Positions 26,385 to 32,285 of a DNA stretch of 32,285 bases are shown here, one piece after another (the stretch's first letter is position 1; every line of letters begins with the position of its first letter). The notes beneath the pieces were generated by a model, which searched no databases, was not told the DNA's origin, and saw only the letters and a list, made by a program, of their open reading frames with translations. This DNA is from Armatimonadota bacterium (lineage in GTDB: Bacteria; Armatimonadota; UBA5829): NCBI GenBank assembly GCA_046719185.1, contig JBDNDK010000003.1, positions 1-32,285 of the forward strand, written 5' to 3'. A program made the position numbers and the translations under genes.

Positions 26385-26568
26385 AATCACCTCTCTTGTG
26401 ATTGGTTAATATAACATAACTATACATATTACTATTATTCAATTCAAGGAAAAAATAATGCAATGCAGAATAATAATATATTATTCGGTTATTTATTGAT
26501 GGGTATATAACTATAAGATTTCAAAATTATTAAGCAATAATTATATTTTCTCTTAACTGGAGGAATAA

Positions 26569-27357
26569 ATGGAAAATTTTTGGTTTGCATTATTAGTATC
26601 TTTTTTAGCTGGCAGTGCCACTATAATTGGCAGTTTATTCAGTTTTGTTATAAAAAAACCCAGCAACAAAGTAATGAGCGGAGTTTTGGGTTTCTCTGCA
26701 GGTGTTATGATTTTAGTTTCTTTTGTTGAGCTTTTTCCTAAGGGAATAGAAGAAATTGGTTTTGTTTATGCTAATTTATTTTTCTTTATTGGTATTGGAG
26801 CAATGTTCTTAATTGATCTTTTAATTCCACACTCATTTGGTGGTGAAATGCATTCAGGTGTGCATACAGACACCCAAATTGAATCAAATCCTAAAACATT
26901 AAAGCTATACAGAACAGGCATTTTCACTGCATTTGGTCTGGCTATACACAATTTCCCTGAAGGAATAGCAACTTTTGTAGCAACTCTTGCAGAGCCGGGA
27001 CTTGGTATTGCTCTTGGTGTTGCTATTGCAATTCACAACATACCAGAAGGTATTGCAGTTGCTGCTCCAATATATGCTGCCACAAAAAGTCATAAGAGAG
27101 CATTTAGCTACTCTGCATTATCTGGTCTTGCTGAACCGCTTGGTGCATTAATTGCTGCTTTAATTCTTTTCCCCTTTGTCTCTGTAAGTGGAGCGGTAAT
27201 GGCAGCCACATTTGCTTTTGTAGCAGGTATAATGGTATATGTTGCTTTTGATGAGCTTTTGCCTGCTTCAAGATCTTATGGACACGATCACACTGCCATT
27301 GTTGGTGTAACTGCAGGTATGGCTATTATGGCAATGAGCCTTGAATTATTGAAATAA
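26569..27357 (+). CDS. zupT: ZIP-family zinc/divalent metal transporter ZupT
   Basis: GFSAGVMI, AIHNFPEG, AIHNIPEG, SGLAEPLGA, DELLP; GGAGG SD. Confidence 0.92.
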   Translation: MENFWFALLVSFLAGSATIIGSLFSFVIKKPSNKVMSGVLGFSAGVMILVSFVELFPKGIEEIGFVYANLFFFIGIGAMFLIDLLIPHSFGGEMHSGVHTDTQIESNPKTLKLYRTGIFTAFGLAIHNFPEGIATFVATLAEPGLGIALGVAIAIHNIPEGIAVAAPIYAATKSHKRAFSYSALSGLAEPLGALIAALILFPFVSVSGAVMAATFAFVAGIMVYVAFDELLPASRSYGHDHTAIVGVTAGMAIMAMSLELLK

Positions 27358-27371
27358 ATTGGAGAACTTAT

Positions 27372-28913
27372 TTGGTATCAATCACTGTTTTTGATGGAGT
27401 TAACTGCATAGGTGGAAATAAAATACTGCTTGAAGATGGTGATAGCAGATTATTCTTTGATTTTGGAATGAATTTTGGTGCTGAAGGCAGTTTGTATGAT
27501 GAGTTTATGAAGCCAAAGCCTGCAGGTGGTCTTTATGAATATATCCAACTTGGTCTGCTTCCACCAATAAAAGGCATTTATAGAGATGATTTTATTCCAA
27601 GTTTACATAACCCTTTTGAGGGATTTAATTGTACACAAATAGATGGTGTAGATGGAGTTTTGGTATCACATGCACATGTTGACCACACTGGATACATATC
27701 TTTTTTAAGAAAAGACATACCTATTTACTCAACTGCAATGTCTGCTGCAATAATGAGAGCAATGCAGGACACAGGGCAAAGTGGGCTTGCTGTTGAATAC
27801 TGCAATTTTGCTTTGAGAGATAACTCAAGTGGGCTTGTGAAATCAGACAAAACTGGTAATTTAGAACCAAGACCTTTTAGAATATCTGATTTTGATGATT
27901 CGATAAGCCTTCAAGATTATTGGAATTCTTCTCCTATGAAGAAAAAAACTTTCTTGCCTAGAATGTTTGAATCTGCAGATAAATGTGGTTCAATGACAGT
28001 TAAAAGTCTTAAAGTGGATCATTCAATTTATGGCTCCACAGCTTGGGCTGTTGAAACATCTGCTGGATGGGTGATATATTCCGGAGATATTAGAACAACA
28101 GGCAAATATGCAAATTTCACATATCAATTTGCAGAGGAAGCAGCCAAACTCAATCCAATAGCTTTGATAATTGAAGGAACCAGAATAAATAGTAATAAAA
28201 ATACAACTGAAGCATCTATAAAAGATCATGCATTGGATATTGTGAAAAATGCTAATGGATTGGTGATAGCAGATTTTGGCCCAAGAAATGTTGAAAGGCT
28301 AATAACTTTTCTTGAAATTGCAAGAGAAACAAATAGAGACCTTGTGCTTACTCCTAAAGATTTATTTTTGCTCAAGGTTATGAGTCTTGTTGATAAATCC
28401 CAATATGTGCCAAGACCATCAGAGCTAAACATCAAAGTTTATGAAAGATATTCATCTACTACTTCAACCTGGCAAAAAGAACTTTTAGATGAGTATGCAT
28501 CTTTTGTTATCACTCCTCAGGAAGTATCTAAAAATCAAGATAAGTTTATTTGCTGCTTCAGCTATTGGGATGCTAATGAACTAGCATACATTCAACCAAA
28601 AAACGACTCTGTGTGGGTATATTCATCTTGTGAAGCTTTTAATGAAGAAATGGAAATGGATATTGATAAGCTTCTAAATTGGATAAATAGATACAAAATG
28701 AAAGTGGCAGGAAACCTGAAAAGAGATGATGAGCAAGATCCATTGCATGTATCTGGTCATGCAAGTGGACCAGACATAAAAAAGATAATAGAAACAATAA
28801 GACCAAAATATGTGATACCAGTACATTGCACATCACTTAATTTATATCCAGACCTTGTGGGTGATGTAGCCAAAATAATATATCCTGAAAAAGGTGTGCC
28901 AATATCTTTCTAG
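27372..28913 (+). CDS. RNase J-like metallo-beta-lactamase/beta-CASP hydrolase
   Basis: IGGNKILL, DFG, SHAHVDH, VDHS, YSGD, IEGT, HVSGHAS, IPVH. TTG start with GGAG SD, 14 nt after zupT. Confidence 0.85.
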   Translation: MVSITVFDGVNCIGGNKILLEDGDSRLFFDFGMNFGAEGSLYDEFMKPKPAGGLYEYIQLGLLPPIKGIYRDDFIPSLHNPFEGFNCTQIDGVDGVLVSHAHVDHTGYISFLRKDIPIYSTAMSAAIMRAMQDTGQSGLAVEYCNFALRDNSSGLVKSDKTGNLEPRPFRISDFDDSISLQDYWNSSPMKKKTFLPRMFESADKCGSMTVKSLKVDHSIYGSTAWAVETSAGWVIYSGDIRTTGKYANFTYQFAEEAAKLNPIALIIEGTRINSNKNTTEASIKDHALDIVKNANGLVIADFGPRNVERLITFLEIARETNRDLVLTPKDLFLLKVMSLVDKSQYVPRPSELNIKVYERYSSTTSTWQKELLDEYASFVITPQEVSKNQDKFICCFSYWDANELAYIQPKNDSVWVYSSCEAFNEEMEMDIDKLLNWINRYKMKVAGNLKRDDEQDPLHVSGHASGPDIKKIIETIRPKYVIPVHCTSLNLYPDLVGDVAKIIYPEKGVPISF

Positions 28914-28918
28914 CAATA

Positions 28919-29905
28919 TTAGGTTGGTATTACTTTGCTGATTTCATTAGAGTCTAGATTTTGACCAATACATATCAAAACAGCACCTACAGATGGTTCT
29001 TTGCCATTGTGTTTTAATACTTCTAGATAGTCAAATACTTTCTGCATAACATACCAGCCATCATCATTTATATATGCAAACCCTTTTGCCCTTATAACAT
29101 TTTCAGGAAGAAACTTTAGAACTGTCATTAAAGTATCCATAGAAATCTCATCAGGCAAATCAAATGCTGAAGTGCAAAATGATTCAGGTAGGCAATGCTG
29201 ATGATAATGGTGATTGTGTTCATCTTCATTGTGATGATTGTGACTATGGTCATGACTGCAATTATGTGAACTGCAGGTGCATTTCATTTTTACTTTATCA
29301 GTAAGCAGTTTCTTTATATTTTCTGAGCCTATTTCTCCAAAGCATACATCATAAAAATCTGCATTTGGATTTTTATCTTTTAACAGCTTTTTTATTTCTA
29401 TTAGCTCATCATCTTGCACTTGGTCTATTTTATTTAACACTAATACATCTGCTGTTTTTATCTGAGATTCTGCAAGCTCTGCTGTCTTTAGTATCTTATG
29501 TACTCTTTTTGCATCAACAACTGAGATTATATGAGTAACCCCCAACTTTGATATCATAGCTGGAGCACTTAAAGCTTCTAATACATCAATTGGATTTGAA
29601 AGACCACTGCATTCAATAATAATTATCTCAGTATCATCTTTCTCAAGTAAATCATAAATAGTTTCTCTGAGCTGAGATTGGAGATTGCAGCAAATGCACC
29701 CTCCAACAAGTCTCACCTGTTCTGAATATAAATCTGATACACTCTCTCCATCAATATCAGTATCTCCAACTTCATTGATAATAAGAGTTGGTTTTATACC
29801 TAACACTCCACATTCTGGAAGCAGTTTTCTGATAAATGATGTTTTACCACAACCAAGAAAACCAGTAACAATTATTACAGGAACAGGCTCAGTTCTTTTA
29901 TTCAT
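28919..29905 (-). CDS. COG0523/CobW-family G3E GTPase metallochaperone with His-rich linker
   Basis: TGFLGCGKT, INEVG, GCICC, ECSG, NKID, His-rich CTCSSHNCSHDHSHNHHNEDEHNHHYHQHC, RAKGF. Confidence 0.9.
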   Translation of the reverse strand: MNKRTEPVPVIIVTGFLGCGKTSFIRKLLPECGVLGIKPTLIINEVGDTDIDGESVSDLYSEQVRLVGGCICCNLQSQLRETIYDLLEKDDTEIIIIECSGLSNPIDVLEALSAPAMISKLGVTHIISVVDAKRVHKILKTAELAESQIKTADVLVLNKIDQVQDDELIEIKKLLKDKNPNADFYDVCFGEIGSENIKKLLTDKVKMKCTCSSHNCSHDHSHNHHNEDEHNHHYHQHCLPESFCTSAFDLPDEISMDTLMTVLKFLPENVIRAKGFAYINDDGWYVMQKVFDYLEVLKHNGKEPSVGAVLICIGQNLDSNEISKVIPT

Positions 29906-29937
29906 TAATTCAATATAACCTTTAATTCTTTTATATA

Positions 29938-31389
29938 CTAATCTTCAAACAGAAGTTGAAGATGTTTATTTATATGATCTGTTACAAATTGATAGTGATC
30001 TTGTTCATTCTCAATAAGAGTTTGAATAATATCATCTTTCTTTCTATCTAATAAAGCACCATAGGATATATGGAAAAGCTGCTGAACATCTGGGTTTGCA
30101 TAAAATGCTCTTATGTCATCAGGAAGCTCAGTTGGAAAATGCTCTTGAGTTATATCCACATGATATGCCTTTTTGCTCTCTGGAAGAGTTTCTATGCATA
30201 TTTCATATAATTCACTGAATAGATTTGGGTTTGCATAGCAGACAAGTTTCACAGCCTGGAGCCAGCTTGTGCCTGATGTCTTAATGTGAAAATTGCCTCT
30301 TGTTGCTTTTCCAAACATTTTATATACACTAAATTTATCTGAACCTGAGTGCATACTTAGTCTATAGCCTTTCATTTGTCTTGCTATTTCAGCATGAACA
30401 TTGAAGGATCTATTGAGCTTGTCAAAATCACCTCTATAATCTACAGCTTTTTGGAATTCACCAGGAAATTTTGGAGCTAAGCTTCTGAAATCAACACCAT
30501 TTCTATGCAGGAATTCAGCTACAAATATATGGTCTTCTGCTGTTGTATCTCTTGAACCTTCATCAATTGAAACCTCAAGGTCAAGAGCATTTATTCTTGT
30601 TTTTGCCATTGTATAAAATTTCACAGCCTTCCTCATTGATTGCTCATATACAAGTGCAGATTTCACCAACTCACCTTCTGTTACAATATAATCTTCTCCC
30701 TCTGGTATAGCAAATGTCTTACCTGAAAAATCTGATATTATTTTTTTACTTTCATCAGCAAGTGATTTAGCTTTTTCTGCAATTTCACTATCTGATAGTT
30801 TACTTATATCCTGAAGGTCATCACTCACATCCAGTGTATACATACTGAATCCGGCTTCCACACCTTCCATAAATCTCTTTTCATCTTTGATGTGATCTGC
30901 ATCAGCACCAAAACTGCCAGAGTAACCTGTTTCAAGAACACCAATCACAGCTTTTAAGAGAACATCTTTGAAATCTCTGTTTGTTCTTTCAAGCTCTCTT
31001 GGAGACTGCTGTGCAATTATTGGAAAAACAGGATATCTGATATCTGCTTCAAGATGTGCAGCTGTTACCATTCCCAATCTGTCTCCAGTGCCAAAAGATG
31101 ATGATTTGTCACAACAAACAGGAGATATTGGCAAGAACTCTTTGAGTATAAGATAATTATACCAGTTAAAAGGGTAAACAGATACATATTCACCAGAAAC
31201 AAGTTTTATATTTCCAATATCTATTTTATCTTTCAAAGAAACTACATCCTTGCTCTGCACAAGACCTACAAACTTAACACCATCTTTAACAGCAACAAAC
31301 AAACTAGAACCAAGGTCAATTGTTCTTAAAGAAGACTTATATATAAAAAAACTTCTTTCAGCTAATTTTTCAGCAAGTCCATCAAACAT
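29938..31389 (-). CDS. uxaE: Tagaturonate/fructuronate epimerase UxaE
   Basis: SFGTGDRLG, AQQSPRELERT, GADADHIK, EVSIDE, LAPKFPGEFQKAVDY, SMHSGSDKF, HIKTSGTSWL, HISYG. Confidence 0.92.
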   Translation of the reverse strand: MFDGLAEKLAERSFFIYKSSLRTIDLGSSLFVAVKDGVKFVGLVQSKDVVSLKDKIDIGNIKLVSGEYVSVYPFNWYNYLILKEFLPISPVCCDKSSSFGTGDRLGMVTAAHLEADIRYPVFPIIAQQSPRELERTNRDFKDVLLKAVIGVLETGYSGSFGADADHIKDEKRFMEGVEAGFSMYTLDVSDDLQDISKLSDSEIAEKAKSLADESKKIISDFSGKTFAIPEGEDYIVTEGELVKSALVYEQSMRKAVKFYTMAKTRINALDLEVSIDEGSRDTTAEDHIFVAEFLHRNGVDFRSLAPKFPGEFQKAVDYRGDFDKLNRSFNVHAEIARQMKGYRLSMHSGSDKFSVYKMFGKATRGNFHIKTSGTSWLQAVKLVCYANPNLFSELYEICIETLPESKKAYHVDITQEHFPTELPDDIRAFYANPDVQQLFHISYGALLDRKKDDIIQTLIENEQDHYQFVTDHINKHLQLLFED

Positions 31390-31603
31390 AATAATTAACT
31401 CCCATTTAGTTTGCTATCAGTATAGTAAACAATATTTACATATTATAGCAAATAAAAAAGAAAAACATAATCAAACTTTATACAAAGCCGATTTTGAATA
31501 TTTTTTTATATCATAGCAGTTAGCATCACATTATAGATGTTTTATTTATATATTTAATGTATATAATATTATGCACTAGAGTTTATAATTTAAGGAGAGA
31601 AGT

Positions 31604-32285
31604 ATGAGTTTATCAAAAAAACTGCTTGCAGAATTCTTTGGCACTGCTTGGTTAGTTCTTGGTGGTTGTGGTAGTGCAGTATTAGCAGCTGGAGTTTCTG
31701 ATGTAGGAATAGGTTATGCAGGAGTGGCATTAGCATTTGGCTTAACTGTTCTCACAATGGCTTATGCAATTGGACATATTTCTGGTTGTCATTTGAATCC
31801 TGCTGTTACTATTGGACTTGCAATAGGCAAGAGGTTTCCTGGTAGAGAAGTTTTACCATACATTATAGTTCGGTAATTGGTGCAATTGCCGGTGCTGGAA
31901 TTCTATACTTAATTGCATCAGGTAATCCATCATTTAGTTTAACAAATGGATTTGCTTCAAATGGGTATGGTAATCATTCACCACAAGGCTATTCAATGAT
32001 AGCTGGTCTTATAGCAGAAATTACACTCACTTTCTTTTTTGTATTTGTAATTTTAGGTGCAACTGATTCAAAAGCTCCAGCAAATCTTGCACCTGTTGCT
32101 ATTGGTTTATGTCTTACATTAATTCACTTGATAAGTATTCCAGTTACAAATACATCAGTAAACCCAGCTAGAAGTACAGGTCCTGCAATATTTGTAGGAG
32201 ATTGGGCAATTAGCCAATTATGGTTGTTTTGGATAGCTCCGATAGTAGGAGGAATAATTGCAGGTATTTTATATCCCTTGGTAAG
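31604..32285 (+). pseudogene. aqpZ: Aquaporin Z with a single-base frameshift at ~31872 (possibly a sequencing error), runs off the window
   Basis: Frame 1: AEFFGT...[13 protein letters not shown]...YIIV, then CGG TAA. The shifted frame continues [17 protein letters not shown]...NTSVNPARS...WLFWIAP with no further lesion. Confidence 0.85.

Noticed and set aside
31604-32285. Programmed frameshift or stop-codon readthrough in aqpZ
   Set aside because: The continuation is in another frame, so readthrough cannot rescue it; no slippery site is present; other genes use TAA/TAG/TGA as normal stops.

Overview
AT-rich bacterial chromosomal window with no rRNA, tRNA, CRISPR array or intact transposase. 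It is dominated by carbohydrate and metal metabolism genes: an OFA-type MFS transporter (partial), two ThuA-like proteins, a tandem universal stress protein, a P2A-type ATPase, GH127, a divergent clan-D (GH36-like) glycosidase, two Gfo/Idh/MocA oxidoreductases, two UroD/MetE-superfamily proteins, a very large atypical transaldolase-fold protein, a LarA-family racemase/epimerase, ndk, zupT, an RNase J-like MBL/beta-CASP protein, a His-rich COG0523 GTPase, uxaE and a frameshifted aqpZ. There are also several secreted or TPR hypothetical proteins. The gene mix suggests an Armatimonadota-like organism, but this is tentative. Features the ORF track does not explain: (1) an unannotated 59-aa LITAF-like zinc-ribbon gene; (2) a candidate ~70-nt sRNA with its own promoter and terminator and an anti-Shine-Dalgarno C/U tract; (3) a sigma70 promoter bracketed by a 13-bp inverted repeat, like an invertible promoter; (4) two related MITE-like elements carrying REP-like palindromes; (5) strong CpG depletion with near-absence of CGN codons. 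No single novel system is demonstrated. All family calls come from motif recognition by eye, not database searches.
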